Shown: positions 21,841 to 32,497 of the stretch, piece by piece | Layout: the number at the start of each line of letters is the position of its first letter | How positions within the stretch are numbered: the first letter of the stretch is position 1 | IMG/VR virus record: IMGVR_UViG_3300042465_002544 | Location: 7,052-71,051 of that record | Direction: 5' to 3' (one strand) | Length of the DNA stretch: 64,000 nt | Source of the DNA: a virus | Translations under genes and position numbers: made by a program | The notes under the pieces: generated by a model | Seen by the model: the letters and a program-made list of their open reading frames with translations, nothing else | Databases searched by the model: none | Told to the model about the DNA's origin: nothing

Positions 21841-22292
21841 TGGCAGCACCACTAAGTGATGGAAATCCATTAACATATGATTGGCTTAACCTTTTAGTAG
21901 GAGAAGTTAATACATTGTCTACAACATCTGCATTGTCAAAAAATAATGTTAAAATTAAAATGTCTCCTAGACATTACACCACCTCTACAGTAACTAATAC
22001 CGTTCAGATTGTTACTGGTAAGGCAACCGTAACTCTTGGTAAAGGTAAGACAAGAGGAAAAACTGCACCTATAAAATTTCAACCAACATTTTCCGCATCA
22101 GATGTTTTAGTTGTTGCAAATGTTAACTACAATGGAACTGATCCTGGCGTAGACGCTGTATGTTGGGTAACAAACATTGATGAGTCAGGATGCATGTTTT
22201 GGGTAAGACGATTTGATTCCCCAAATAAGAATCAGACAACGCCAGTAACAATTAATTATATTGCTATTGGTAAAGCAAGCTCTTCAACATAA
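21840..22292 (+). CDS. Putative tail protein (H-type lectin/gp53-like C-terminal domain)
   Basis: IKFQPTFS..VLVVA...INYIAIG pattern. Confidence 0.5.
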   Translation: MAAPLSDGNPLTYDWLNLLVGEVNTLSTTSALSKNNVKIKMSPRHYTTSTVTNTVQIVTGKATVTLGKGKTRGKTAPIKFQPTFSASDVLVVANVNYNGTDPGVDAVCWVTNIDESGCMFWVRRFDSPNKNQTTPVTINYIAIGKASSST

Positions 22293-22301
22293 TAAAAACT
22301 A

Positions 22302-22336
22302 TTGACATACCCCAGTTACTTTGATAAACTGGGGTA
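22302..22336 (+). promoter_or_regulatory. Sigma70/SigA-type promoter overlapped by an inverted repeat
   Basis: TTGACA(22302)-17 nt-TAAACT(22325); TACCCCAGTT/AACTGGGGTA hairpin. Confidence 0.7.
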
Positions 22337-22369
22337 CTGCCATTTTTTGGCATAAACAAAAGGATTAAA

Positions 22370-23179
22370 ATGACAAACGATTTAAAGTGGATGCTATCCT
22401 CTGACCAGCAATTCCCATATCAAGATGATAAAATGATTGAACTTTGGTTTAAGGTTATGAGATGGTTCAAGCCAGATGTTGTGGATTATTTAGGTGATAC
22501 TGATGATCAGGCTTGCTATAGCAAGTACACAGAAGGACGTTCAGCAGAGTTTTTAAAGATGCATAAAGACAATGAGGGTAATGCTATTGTTCCCCTTATG
22601 AAGCATGAAGCAAAATTAGCAAGAGACTTTTATACTAAGACTCGCAAAGTAGCAAAGAAGGCACAACTATTTTCAGCACTTGGAAATCACGATATTCGTG
22701 TATTTGATTATGTAGATGCAAAGCTTCCAGACTATATTGAAGCAACTACACCAGAGTCGTTATGGAACTTAGATAGTCTTGGCTATGATTATATTTATTA
22801 CAATCAACCTCCTGCACACCGCTTTGGTGATATTCACGTTCATCACGGTAATGCTATTTCACAAAACGCAGGTGAGTCAGTTCGTAAAGATGTAGATAAC
22901 TTTGGCGTATCTTTAATTCGTGGACACTCACATCGTGCAGGTGTATACTTTAACACCTATGAACTTAGAAATAGAGGTATGGGTGAAACATTGCGTGGGT
23001 ATGAAATCGGTCATATGTGTGATGAAAAGTCTAAGGGTATGATGTATACAAATAACCATAATTGGCAGAAAGCATTTGCTATTGCACATATTGAAAATGG
23101 AGTATATCCACACATTCAACTTGTTCATGTATCTCCTGACTATGCCTGTGTAGTAGATGGCAAGTACTTTAAGGTTTAA
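22370..23179 (+). CDS. Calcineurin-like metallophosphoesterase
   Basis: SDQQ, GDTDD, GNHD, HHG and GHSH motifs. Confidence 0.85.
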   Translation: MTNDLKWMLSSDQQFPYQDDKMIELWFKVMRWFKPDVVDYLGDTDDQACYSKYTEGRSAEFLKMHKDNEGNAIVPLMKHEAKLARDFYTKTRKVAKKAQLFSALGNHDIRVFDYVDAKLPDYIEATTPESLWNLDSLGYDYIYYNQPPAHRFGDIHVHHGNAISQNAGESVRKDVDNFGVSLIRGHSHRAGVYFNTYELRNRGMGETLRGYEIGHMCDEKSKGMMYTNNHNWQKAFAIAHIENGVYPHIQLVHVSPDYACVVDGKYFKV

Positions 23180-23199
23180 TACTATGCTATCATTTAACA

Positions 23200-23388
23200 A
23201 TGAAATGCAAACTATGCAAAGGCAAGGTGATGGTAGATAGGGTATTTTCCAGTCACACCCATATAGAATTATTCTGTATGACGTGTGGGAAAAGATGGTC
23301 TTTCCACCACCCAAGCAACCATTCACCGTTTGTAAAATGGCTATATCAAAAAGAAAACGAACTGTCGAAGAAGACCTCGAACAGTTAA
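23200..23388 (+). CDS. Small zinc-ribbon protein
   Basis: CxxC...CxxC; TATCAT 6 nt upstream of the ATG. Confidence 0.65.
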   Translation: MKCKLCKGKVMVDRVFSSHTHIELFCMTCGKRWSFHHPSNHSPFVKWLYQKENELSKKTSNS

Positions 23389-23870
23389 AGTCACCACAAA
23401 GAAGGCTATGCTTTCTTAATGATGAACTTCATAAAATTATACATATTGATCGTGTAAATAATATTGTAAGAACTTATAACTATTTACAAGATAGGCAAAT
23501 GGCTTATCTTTATACAGATTATAAAAAACTTAGATCACCTGCCTATTCTATTAGGCTTGTTGGAAAGCTACTAAGTCGTAGTCCAGACTCAATAAGAAAA
23601 GCAATTAGGCGTGGTGATGTTAAAAAGCCATACCTTATGGATCAATATGTTCACGGTGTATATTATTTCTGTGAAACAGATATCTATAATCTAAGAGACT
23701 TCTATGCAAGTTGGCATACAGGAAGACCTAGAAAAGATGGTTATATTACACCAAGATATGATGTGCCAACAAAGAAAGAATTAGATGCACTTCTAGGCAA
23801 GTCTGAAATGCTATATATTAAAAATAAGAATGGGGACTTTATTCCCGTTTGGAAAGCAGAGGATTTCTAA
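23337..23870 (+). CDS. Putative HTH DNA-binding protein
   Basis: YSIRLVGKLLSRSPDSIRKAIRRG is HTH-like (MerR/excisionase-like); start re-assigned to ATG 23337. Confidence 0.6.
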   Translation: MAISKRKRTVEEDLEQLKSPQRRLCFLNDELHKIIHIDRVNNIVRTYNYLQDRQMAYLYTDYKKLRSPAYSIRLVGKLLSRSPDSIRKAIRRGDVKKPYLMDQYVHGVYYFCETDIYNLRDFYASWHTGRPRKDGYITPRYDVPTKKELDALLGKSEMLYIKNKNGDFIPVWKAEDF

Positions 23871-24118
23871 TGGCAAAGGGTAGACATTCTTACAAGAATA
23901 AACCACAAGAAGAAAAGGGCTTTACAAACCTGCAAGAAGATGCTATCCTTTACTCTATGATATGTTTAGAGGAAGCATTTATGATAGCCAGAAAACGCAA
24001 AGATGTTCAATCATTGATTTCCCTTGCTGACAAATGGTATGGTATCTCACAGGCTTTTGAATTAGTAGATGATAGAAAGCCAATGATTGGTTTTGGAGCA
24101 GGAGCAGAAAATGAGTAA
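23870..24118 (+). CDS. Hypothetical protein
   Basis: Coupled ORF (TAATG overlap). Confidence 0.6.
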   Translation: MAKGRHSYKNKPQEEKGFTNLQEDAILYSMICLEEAFMIARKRKDVQSLISLADKWYGISQAFELVDDRKPMIGFGAGAENE

Positions 24119-24314
24119 TACCGTTGTTAAGGTTAACCTTAAGTTTGTAAGAAACTTGGGTAACTATGAAAGTATGCACGTTGAACTTGGTGTAGAAGAT
24201 TGGGTAAGAGATACCGATGCTAATACCGATGCTGCAATGAATAGAGTTTTTGAGTTTGTGGAAAGCAAACTTATTGAAAAAGTTAATGCGTTAGAAAAGG
24301 ATCTAAAGCAGTGA
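24111..24314 (+). CDS. Hypothetical protein
   Basis: GGAG RBS; RNLGNYES motif common in phage replication regions. Confidence 0.65.
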   Translation: MSNTVVKVNLKFVRNLGNYESMHVELGVEDWVRDTDANTDAAMNRVFEFVESKLIEKVNALEKDLKQ

Positions 24315-24646
24315 CAAAAAGTGAGGCAAACCTAGCTTTTGCATTACTCACATATTATTCAAAGAAGTTTGAAGATAGATATGGCAAGAAGCCAAACATA
24401 AATAAGTATAAAGAAAAATGGGCTGCCTCATCTATCCTAGAAGACTTTGAGTTTGACAATGCTAAGTTAATTATTGATTACTACTTTACCTTATCTAAAG
24501 AAGGACACCCACTTTCGTGGCTATTTAATAACTTTGATAAGTTAAAAGATTCAGTAGAATCAAACGAGCAAGATAAAATATTAAGAGCAGAGCGTAGAGC
24601 ACAGACAATAAAGTTGAGAGAAGAGTGGTTAAATGGGAATGCGTGA
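24311..24646 (+). CDS. Hypothetical protein (possible helicase loader)
   Basis: GTGA overlap; immediately upstream of DnaB. Confidence 0.6.
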   Translation: MTKSEANLAFALLTYYSKKFEDRYGKKPNINKYKEKWAASSILEDFEFDNAKLIIDYYFTLSKEGHPLSWLFNNFDKLKDSVESNEQDKILRAERRAQTIKLREEWLNGNA

Positions 24647-25865
24647 AGAAGTAGAAGTAATCTCTTCTGTATGCGAGAATAAAGACATCCACGTTCTTTT
24701 TGAAAACAATGTGGACTATATGATGCAGTCCTGCGGTGATGTATGGGACTTTGTAAAAGAGTATTATAATGAAACTCGTCAAGTACCGCCATCAGATCTT
24801 TTGCAAACACGCTTTCGTGATTTTGACACAGTGCAAGATCCAGCACCAACTATCTATGCAGTTAATAGATTAAAAGAAACATTTCTAGATGAGTCACTAA
24901 GGACAACAGTTCGTAAGGCTGCACAGTTTCTTCAAGACAATCAATCTGGCAAAGCACTAAATACTATGTCAAGTGACATATCCTCACTTGCTAGAATTAC
25001 TGCAAGGGTGAGAGACCTTGATGTAACAGATGTTGATGATGCATTACAATACTTTGAGAAGACTCGTCAATCAGCAATGAATGGTGATATTGGTATTCGA
25101 TCTGGGATTGCTGCATTTGATTTGTGCTTGCCTATGGGTATTGCTAAAGGTCAGTTAGGTGTGTTGCTTGCGTATCCTGCTATTGGTAAGTCTTGGATGG
25201 CTTTGTTCTTAGCTGTAAAGGCTTGGCAGAATGGTCGTGTGCCAATGATCTTGTCTTTAGAAATGACAGAGCAAGAAGTTCGTAATCGTATCTTTACAAT
25301 TATTGGTAATGGCAAGTGGTCACATCGTGCTATTAGTTCAGGTCGTGTAAACAATGATGAGTTTAAGGAATGGGCTGAGGGCAACTTAGTTGACAAGCCA
25401 CCATTTAAGATTGTGTCAAATGACGGTGGTAGTGAAGTCACTCCAAATGTTGTTAGAGCAAAGATTGATCAGTATAAGCCTGACATTGTATTCATTGATT
25501 ACTTGCAACTTATGCAAGACAATGCAGGAACTAGTTCTAATGAAACAGTTAAGATTAAGAACCTGTCAAGAGAGTTAAAACTATTAGCAATCTCTGAGCA
25601 AGTTCCAATCATTGCTATTGCTTCTGCTACTCCAGATGATGCAAGTGACTTAGAGAGCGTTCCACAACTTGGACAAGTGGCTTGGTCACGTCAGATAGCC
25701 TACGATGCAGACTGGGTATTAGCATTTGGTCGTAAGCAAAATACAGGTGTTCTAGAGGTGGCGTTTAGAAAGAATCGTCACGGTTTCTTAGGAGACTTCT
25801 ATATAGATGCAGACTTTGATAGTGGTAAGTTTGAGGAAATGATGGACCCTGCAGACCTATTGTAA
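24639..25865 (+). CDS. dnaB: DnaB-like replicative helicase
   Basis: Walker A AYPAIGKS, SLEM, Walker B FIDYLQLM, SRELKLLA, KNRHG. Confidence 0.92.
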   Translation: MREEVEVISSVCENKDIHVLFENNVDYMMQSCGDVWDFVKEYYNETRQVPPSDLLQTRFRDFDTVQDPAPTIYAVNRLKETFLDESLRTTVRKAAQFLQDNQSGKALNTMSSDISSLARITARVRDLDVTDVDDALQYFEKTRQSAMNGDIGIRSGIAAFDLCLPMGIAKGQLGVLLAYPAIGKSWMALFLAVKAWQNGRVPMILSLEMTEQEVRNRIFTIIGNGKWSHRAISSGRVNNDEFKEWAEGNLVDKPPFKIVSNDGGSEVTPNVVRAKIDQYKPDIVFIDYLQLMQDNAGTSSNETVKIKNLSRELKLLAISEQVPIIAIASATPDDASDLESVPQLGQVAWSRQIAYDADWVLAFGRKQNTGVLEVAFRKNRHGFLGDFYIDADFDSGKFEEMMDPADLL

Positions 25866-25879
25866 TCTATAATGGTTAT

Positions 25880-26215
25880 ATGGAGTTCGCAGGACACAAG
25901 AAAATTAAAGAGTTTACCATAGATGGTCAGATCTATGATGAAGCTGATGTAATGCGTTTGAAAGAAAAGTATAACTCCATAATGGATCATTATCTTAGAA
26001 GTCAGGGATATGTTCCACATTTAGACCTTGACATAGTTTTTACTATAGATTATAATGGTAACTGGTTCGACTTTAAAATAACAATGTACGGTATTTATTT
26101 AGGAAAGGCAAAAGCAAAATGCTATATGGGAATAACAGGAAGCAAGCTAATTCCAATGACTCCTACGACCCAGAGCAAGTCAGAGAAATCATCACATCGT
26201 GTGGAGTCTCAATAG
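25880..26215 (+). CDS. Hypothetical protein
   Basis: 111-aa ORF between helicase and primase; TATAAT 6 nt upstream. Confidence 0.65.
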   Translation: MEFAGHKKIKEFTIDGQIYDEADVMRLKEKYNSIMDHYLRSQGYVPHLDLDIVFTIDYNGNWFDFKITMYGIYLGKAKAKCYMGITGSKLIPMTPTTQSKSEKSSHRVESQ

Positions 26216-27072
26216 GCACTGAGTTAGATACTCACTTTTTAGTTTTCTGCCCGTTCCACAATAATCGTAATACTCCAGCGTGTGAAGTAGACAAAGAAAA
26301 AGGTTTGTTCCTTTGTTTTTCTTGCGGAGAAAATGGAACTATCCTAGACTTTGTAATGCGTACAACCAATAGAACCTACTTTGAGTCTGCTAGAATTATT
26401 TCTAATGCAGCAAAAGCAGGAGACTTTGTTCAAAAGATTGACAAGTCAATTATTCCAAAAGAAGAGTTTAATAAGTTTGATGATGCCACAATAGAACGCT
26501 TGCACACTTCCCTGATGCAAGACAATAAGGCTATCTCATATTTTACTGGTCGTGGCATTACAAAGAAAGCATCAGAGTTTTTTAAACTTGGATATTCAGA
26601 TAAGCAAGATATGGTTACAGTTCCAGTATATTCTCATACTGGGATATGTGTAGGCTTTGTTGCAAGATCGGTAGAGGGAAAAGCATTTAAAAACTCTACA
26701 GGTTTGCCAAGAAGTAAAGTATTGTTTAATCTTAATAACTGCAAGTTCCAGGACATTGTAGTTGTAGAGTCATCTTTTGATGCCATCCGTTTGTGGCAAT
26801 TAGATATACCTGCCGTAGCAACGCTAGGAGCAAATGTAGGCACAGTTCAGTTAGCCCTGCTAAATAAGTATGCCAATACAGTTATCGTTGCTCCTGATGG
26901 AGATGAGGCTGGTAATGAGATGGTCTCAAAGCTTATTAGAGGTCTTACTGGTAAAGATATTAGAGTAATGCAAATACCAGAAGGTAAAAAAGACATTGGT
27001 GATATGACAGATGAAGAAATTAATGGTGCATATTCACAAATAAAAGCACTTGACTTAGCACTCAATATCTGA
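26119..27072 (+). CDS. dnaG: DNA primase (DnaG-like)
   Basis: CPFH...CFSC zinc finger; TOPRIM VVES.FDA and DGDEAG. Confidence 0.9.
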   Translation: MLYGNNRKQANSNDSYDPEQVREIITSCGVSIGTELDTHFLVFCPFHNNRNTPACEVDKEKGLFLCFSCGENGTILDFVMRTTNRTYFESARIISNAAKAGDFVQKIDKSIIPKEEFNKFDDATIERLHTSLMQDNKAISYFTGRGITKKASEFFKLGYSDKQDMVTVPVYSHTGICVGFVARSVEGKAFKNSTGLPRSKVLFNLNNCKFQDIVVVESSFDAIRLWQLDIPAVATLGANVGTVQLALLNKYANTVIVAPDGDEAGNEMVSKLIRGLTGKDIRVMQIPEGKKDIGDMTDEEINGAYSQIKALDLALNI

Positions 27073-27078
27073 TAAAAT
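27050..27078 (+). promoter_or_regulatory. SigA-type promoter
   Basis: TTGACT-17-TAAAAT. Confidence 0.65.
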
Positions 27079-27123
27079 GTTGTAACAGACCCACATATGG
27101 GGTCAAATATTAGGAGAAATATT

Positions 27124-27780
27124 ATGGCAAGTATTACGGGATTAGCAAATATCCAAAAATTAATAGAACGTCCATCTCATTCAGATGGTCCAAAGGCTCG
27201 CTGGCTAAAGTTAGAAGATGGTCAGTCAGTTAAGATTCGTTTTCTAAACGAAGTAGATCCAGATTCAAAGAGTTACAGTAAAGAAATGGGTCTAGCGATT
27301 GTTATCGCAGAACATACAAATCCAAAGGATTATCGCCGTAAGGCTCTTTGCTCTATGGAAGAAGAGGGCAAGTGCTATGGCTGCGAAATGCATAGGCGTG
27401 ATCCAAAGGCTGGTTGGAAGGCTCGTCTTCGCTACTACACAAACGTACTAGTAGATGAAGGTAATGGCGAACAGTACACAGCCATTTGGTCTCAAGGTGT
27501 TGGTCCAAAGTCACCGACTACAACAACGATCATTGAGTATGCTTCTGACACTGGAGGAATTTCCAATGTTATCTGGAGACTAAAGCGTAACGGCACAGGT
27601 ACCCTTACAAGCTATTCATTGTTCCCTGTTGCAACAGACGAGAAGCCTTTTGACTTCACAGGTATCGAAACCTATGAACTTGAAAAGACAGCAACTCGTC
27701 AAGTTAAGTATGCAGAGCAAGAGTCATTCTTTATGGGTCTTGAAACTGAGGAAACAGCTAGTGCGTCTGTAGATTGGTAA
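27124..27780 (+). CDS. Single-stranded DNA-binding protein (gp32-like)
   Basis: WLKLEDGQSVKIRFL, C..E..CYGC zinc motif, KRNGTG..TSYSL, acidic C-terminus ending DW; AGGAG RBS. Confidence 0.75.
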   Translation: MASITGLANIQKLIERPSHSDGPKARWLKLEDGQSVKIRFLNEVDPDSKSYSKEMGLAIVIAEHTNPKDYRRKALCSMEEEGKCYGCEMHRRDPKAGWKARLRYYTNVLVDEGNGEQYTAIWSQGVGPKSPTTTTIIEYASDTGGISNVIWRLKRNGTGTLTSYSLFPVATDEKPFDFTGIETYELEKTATRQVKYAEQESFFMGLETEETASASVDW

Positions 27781-27787
27781 AAGCCAC

Positions 27788-27829
27788 TTGACAGACTTGG
27801 GGGCGGTAGGCTATAATTGCTTATCGCCC
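27788..27829 (+). promoter_or_regulatory. Promoter with its -10 box in the loop of a hairpin
   Basis: TTGACA-18-TATAAT; GGGCGGTAGGC/GCTTATCGCCC stem flanks TATAATT. Confidence 0.65.
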
Positions 27830-27851
27830 TCACTAATTTTATTGGAGAAAA

Positions 27852-30800
27852 ATGTATCATAATCATCATTCGCATTCTTACTATAGTTTGCTTGATGGCT
27901 TCTCCTCACCAGAAGAACTTCTGAAACGTGCAGAAGAGGTGGGTATGACTGCTTTATCCTTAACGGATCACGGAACTTTAAGTGGTCACAGAGACTTTCT
28001 TATTGCTGCAAAAGACACAAAGGTTAAGCCAATTCTTGGTCTTGAAGCGTATTTTACTACAGACAGATTAGATAAGCGTTCTAAGAAAGAGCGTGGCGAA
28101 GATGAGCAAGTTTACAATCACCTTATTGTTTTAGCAAAGAATGAAAATGGTGTGCAGAACTTATCTAAACTATCTGAGATTGCTTGGAATGAAGGCTTCT
28201 TTAATAAGCCCAGAATAGACTTTGAGATACTAGAAAATTATTCATCAGACCTTATCATCGCATCAGGCTGTATGAACGGTATTATTGCCAAAGCTATTCA
28301 AAATGATAATATGGAACTTGCTAGAAAGCACACAGACTGGTTTAAGCAAGTATTCAAAGATGACTTCTATATGGAACTACAACCACATAACCCATATGAA
28401 CTTAATGCACAAATGCTTAAACTGGCAGATGAAATGGGTGTTAAGTCAACAGTAACACTTGACTGTCATTATGCATCTCCAGAAGATCGGATTGCAGAAG
28501 AGATTATGCTTATCCTTGGTACACATCCTAATATTCGTAAAGAAGCTAAGTTTGATGATAGTCGTAAAATCAAAGATCTTATTGAACGCCTAGATTATTT
28601 ATATGGTGATCGCTTTATGTCATTTAAAGACTTAGAGATCTACTTAATGGGATACAAAGATATTCGTCAGATGATGATTGACCAAGGTATTGATCGTGAT
28701 GATTTGTATGAAAACTCTTTAGAGATATCTGATAAGGTTGAGTCTTATGAAATCAAAAAGGGATTAGATTTATTACCTGCAGACTATACCGATCCAGATC
28801 ACCAACTTGAAAAGATAACTATGGTTGGACTGGCAAAGCGTGGACTAGCAGATAATCCAGATTATGTTGCTCGTATAACTGAGGAACTTGAAATCATTAA
28901 GTCTAAAAACTTTTCTTCATACTTTATTGTAGTTGCAGATATGATTAACTGGTCAAAGAATAACAACATTCTTGTTGGTCCAGGAAGAGGTTCTGCTGCA
29001 GGTTCTTTAGTTTGTTATGCGTTAGGTATTACAGAAGTTGATCCAATTAAATATGGATTGTTGTTCTTCCGATTTATTAATCCAGAGCGTGATGATTTTC
29101 CTGACATTGATACAGACTATGAAGATCGTTATCGTGGAAAGGTAAAAGAATATCTTTCAGAACAATACCAACACGTTGCTTCTATTGCTACCTTCCTTAC
29201 ATTTAAAGACAAGGGTGTAGTTAGAGATGTTGCAAGAGCTTTTCACGTTCCTCTTCCAGAAGTAAATAAAGCATTAAAGGGTATTGAAACTTGGGATGAG
29301 TTTATGTCTAGCACAATCTCAAAAGACTTCCGTGATAAATATCCAGAGGTCGTAAAGTATGCAGGTAAGTTGCGTGGACGTATTCGTGGTACTGGAATGC
29401 ATGCTGCTGGTATTGTTGCTTCTAAGGATGCTATTTGGAAACACGCACCTATGGAAACTCGTAAAGATACACAGTCAGATGATCGTGTACAAGTTGTTGG
29501 TATGGATATGGATCAGGTAGCAGATGTTGGTCTTATTAAGATTGACGCTCTTGGTCTTAAAACATTAGCAGTTATTCACGATACCTTAGATATGGTTAAA
29601 GAGCGTAAGGGTAAAGACATAGACCTTTCTAGTCTTACTCTAGATGATAGAGAAGTTTATGCAGACCTTACTGCAGGATTTACAAAGGGTGTGTTTCAAG
29701 CAGAAGCAACTCCCTATACAAACCTATTAGTAAAAATGGGGGTATATACCTTTGACGAACTTGCTGCTTCCAATGCTTTAGTTCGTCCAGGAGCTATGAA
29801 CACTATCGGTGCTGAATATATTAAACGCAAAAAGGGTAAAACTCCAGTGAAATATATTCACGACATCGTAAAGGACTTTACTCAAGATACTTATGGGTGT
29901 ATTCTTTATCAGGAACAGGTTATGCTTGCTTGTGTTCATCTTGGCGGAATGACTATGGCAGAAGCAGACAAGGTTCGTAAAATTATTGGTAAGAAAAAAG
30001 ATGTAAAGGAGTTTGACAAGTATCGTGAACAGTTTGTTAAGGGTGCTTCAAAGCACATTACAGAAAAGCAAGCACAGGGTTTATGGCACGACTTTGAGGC
30101 ACACGCAGGTTATTCCTTTAATAAGTCCCACGCTGTTGCTTATTCTATGCTTAGTTATTGGTCTGCTTGGCTAAAGCGGTACTACCCACACGAGTTTATG
30201 TATTCACTTCTTCGTAATGAAAAGGATAAGGATACTAGAACAGACTACCTAATTGAAGCAAAGCGAATGGGAATTACAATTAAGCTCCCACACGTTAATG
30301 AATCGGATATTGACTTTACTCTAGAGGGTGATGCAATTAGGTTTGGTTTAGGAAACATTAAGTTTATTTCAGAAAACATTGGAAGTAAACTTATTGCAAG
30401 TAGACCATTTGATTCCTTTGATCATTTAAAAACGCTTGCAGGTACAAAGGGATCTGGAATAAACAACAGAGCAATAGAGGCATTAAATAAGATTGGTGCT
30501 GCTGCATTTAACGACAACTTAAGGATTGGAAATGAAAAAGAAAATTACTACGAGTACCTTAACATACCTGAGTTTACTAGTGATATCCCTCGTTGGATTG
30601 AAGCATATGCAAAACCGCTTGAAGATTACTCAGAAGAGGGATCGTTTCTTGTCCAAGCAATGGTCAAGTCCATCAAAAGAGGAGACGGATGGAGCCGTAT
30701 CGAAATCGTTGACAAGACTGGCTCTGTTGGGATATTTGACAGATCGGACACGGTAATTGAACCAGGAAAGATTTACATCTTCCTAGTAGCAGATAATCGT

Positions 30801-31115
30801 ATTGGTGCTTATGCAACGGCAGAAGACCTTAAGAATACAGATGATCCTTTTATTAAATACTTACAAGCAAAAACAATGACATTGGGTGATGGAGAATTTT
30901 TTACTATTAGCTTCACACCAAGAAAGACAAAGGCTGGTCAGAAAATGGCAAATGCTGTCCTTGCAGATAAGGATAAAGAACTACACTCTGTAGTTATTTT
31001 TCCAACAATGTATGGTCAGGCTTTATCTAATATGAAACCAGGCGGTAGATGTAAGCCAATATTACAAGAAACAACATCAGGAAGTACCACAGTAAAGGAG
31101 TTTGAGAGAGTATGA
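27852..31115 (+). CDS. dnaE: DNA polymerase III alpha subunit
   Basis: PHP HSHSYYSLLDG/TDHG, GPGRGSAAGSLV, PDIDTD, KIDALGL, YSFNKSHA; no intein seen. Confidence 0.96.
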   Translation: MYHNHHSHSYYSLLDGFSSPEELLKRAEEVGMTALSLTDHGTLSGHRDFLIAAKDTKVKPILGLEAYFTTDRLDKRSKKERGEDEQVYNHLIVLAKNENGVQNLSKLSEIAWNEGFFNKPRIDFEILENYSSDLIIASGCMNGIIAKAIQNDNMELARKHTDWFKQVFKDDFYMELQPHNPYELNAQMLKLADEMGVKSTVTLDCHYASPEDRIAEEIMLILGTHPNIRKEAKFDDSRKIKDLIERLDYLYGDRFMSFKDLEIYLMGYKDIRQMMIDQGIDRDDLYENSLEISDKVESYEIKKGLDLLPADYTDPDHQLEKITMVGLAKRGLADNPDYVARITEELEIIKSKNFSSYFIVVADMINWSKNNNILVGPGRGSAAGSLVCYALGITEVDPIKYGLLFFRFINPERDDFPDIDTDYEDRYRGKVKEYLSEQYQHVASIATFLTFKDKGVVRDVARAFHVPLPEVNKALKGIETWDEFMSSTISKDFRDKYPEVVKYAGKLRGRIRGTGMHAAGIVASKDAIWKHAPMETRKDTQSDDRVQVVGMDMDQVADVGLIKIDALGLKTLAVIHDTLDMVKERKGKDIDLSSLTLDDREVYADLTAGFTKGVFQAEATPYTNLLVKMGVYTFDELAASNALVRPGAMNTIGAEYIKRKKGKTPVKYIHDIVKDFTQDTYGCILYQEQVMLACVHLGGMTMAEADKVRKIIGKKKDVKEFDKYREQFVKGASKHITEKQAQGLWHDFEAHAGYSFNKSHAVAYSMLSYWSAWLKRYYPHEFMYSLLRNEKDKDTRTDYLIEAKRMGITIKLPHVNESDIDFTLEGDAIRFGLGNIKFISENIGSKLIASRPFDSFDHLKTLAGTKGSGINNRAIEALNKIGAAAFNDNLRIGNEKENYYEYLNIPEFTSDIPRWIEAYAKPLEDYSEEGSFLVQAMVKSIKRGDGWSRIEIVDKTGSVGIFDRSDTVIEPGKIYIFLVADNRIGAYATAEDLKNTDDPFIKYLQAKTMTLGDGEFFTISFTPRKTKAGQKMANAVLADKDKELHSVVIFPTMYGQALSNMKPGGRCKPILQETTSGSTTVKEFERV

Positions 31116-31456
31116 ACCTAGATAATTTAGCAAGAAGCGTACACTATAATGCAACAGAAAAAGGTTTTTGGGATTATATGTATTCCAATGTAGAGCCAGT
31201 TGGAGATACCTTTGTTTTCTTTGCAAAACAAATAGCAATGATCCACTCTGAGGCAACAGAAGTATTAGAAGCACTAAGAAAGCAAAAGGGTGCAGGAGAA
31301 GTTACAGAAGAACTAGCAGACATTATCATTCGTGTAGTTGATCTATATGAAGGATTACTAATGGCTGGTGAAGCAGCAGGTTCTCTAGAAGACATTGTAA
31401 CAAAGAAGACAATCACCAATAGCCAACGCCCAAAAATGCATGGCGTACTGGGATGA
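31112..31456 (+). CDS. MazG-like nucleotide pyrophosphohydrolase
   Basis: IHSEATEVLEALRK...EELADIIIRVVD. Confidence 0.8.
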   Translation: MNLDNLARSVHYNATEKGFWDYMYSNVEPVGDTFVFFAKQIAMIHSEATEVLEALRKQKGAGEVTEELADIIIRVVDLYEGLLMAGEAAGSLEDIVTKKTITNSQRPKMHGVLG

Positions 31457-31492
31457 TATAATAGATGCTTAGAAAAGATAATGGAGATATAA

Positions 31493-32497
31493 ATGACAAC
31501 AACTATTGAGGATATCCTATCAAGGTTAGATCCAAAAACAAGAAAGCGTGTACAGCAAGCAACTGAAGTTGAGATTGAAAGACAACCAACACCAAGCCTA
31601 AGTCTTAATGTTGGATTAAAAGGAGGTCTTGCTTATGGTCGTCAAGTTCTTATTTGGGGGAACAAGTCTGCAGGAAAATCATCTTTCTGTTTGCAAATGA
31701 TTGCAGATGCTCAAAAAGATGGTAAGACTTGTGCTTGGATTGACTCAGAGCAGTCATACTCACCTGAATGGGCTACAAAGCTAGGTGTTGATTCTGAAAA
31801 ACTTATTTACTCACCTGCAAAAACTATTAACGATATGGTTGATGTTGCAGTAGACCTAATGAATGCAGGAGTTGATTTAATTGTAGTTGATTCTATCTCT
31901 GCACTACTTCCTGCTATCTACTTTGAAAAAGATGGTAATGAATTAAAAGAACTACAAGACACCAAGCAGATTGGTGCAGAAGCGAAGGATATGACACACG
32001 CAGTTAAGATGCTTAACTATGCAAACAAAAATACTTTGCTTGTTCTTATTTCACAACAGCGTAATAGTTTTGGTGGAATGCATGCAACTCATATCCCTAC
32101 TGGTGGTATGGCTGTTAAGTTCTTTTCAAGCACCATCGTAAAGTTATGGTCAAGTGAGTCAGAGGCTAGTTCTATTAAAGATAAGGTAACTGTTGGTGAT
32201 CGTTTGATTGAACAAAAGGTTGGTCGCCCAGTTAACTGGACTATTGACTATAACAAGACTGGACCACAGTTTATTGGTGGATCATATGACTTCTACTTCC
32301 AAGGAGATCACGTTGGTGTAGACACCATCGCTGACCTTGTTGATACAGCAGAGCTTATGGGAATCATTGAGCGTGGCGGTGCTTGGTATACAGTTCTAGA
32401 ACAGCGTTTACAAGGACGAGCAAAAGTGGTAGAATATGTTAGAGAAAATAAAGAAGTGTTTGACACTTTAGAAAGTATGGTATATTCAAAACTATGA
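31493..32497 (+). CDS. recA: RecA-like recombinase
   Basis: GNKSAGKSS Walker A, WIDSE, IVVDSISAL, TGGMAVKFFSS, GAWY. Confidence 0.92.
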   Translation: MTTTIEDILSRLDPKTRKRVQQATEVEIERQPTPSLSLNVGLKGGLAYGRQVLIWGNKSAGKSSFCLQMIADAQKDGKTCAWIDSEQSYSPEWATKLGVDSEKLIYSPAKTINDMVDVAVDLMNAGVDLIVVDSISALLPAIYFEKDGNELKELQDTKQIGAEAKDMTHAVKMLNYANKNTLLVLISQQRNSFGGMHATHIPTGGMAVKFFSSTIVKLWSSESEASSIKDKVTVGDRLIEQKVGRPVNWTIDYNKTGPQFIGGSYDFYFQGDHVGVDTIADLVDTAELMGIIERGGAWYTVLEQRLQGRAKVVEYVRENKEVFDTLESMVYSKL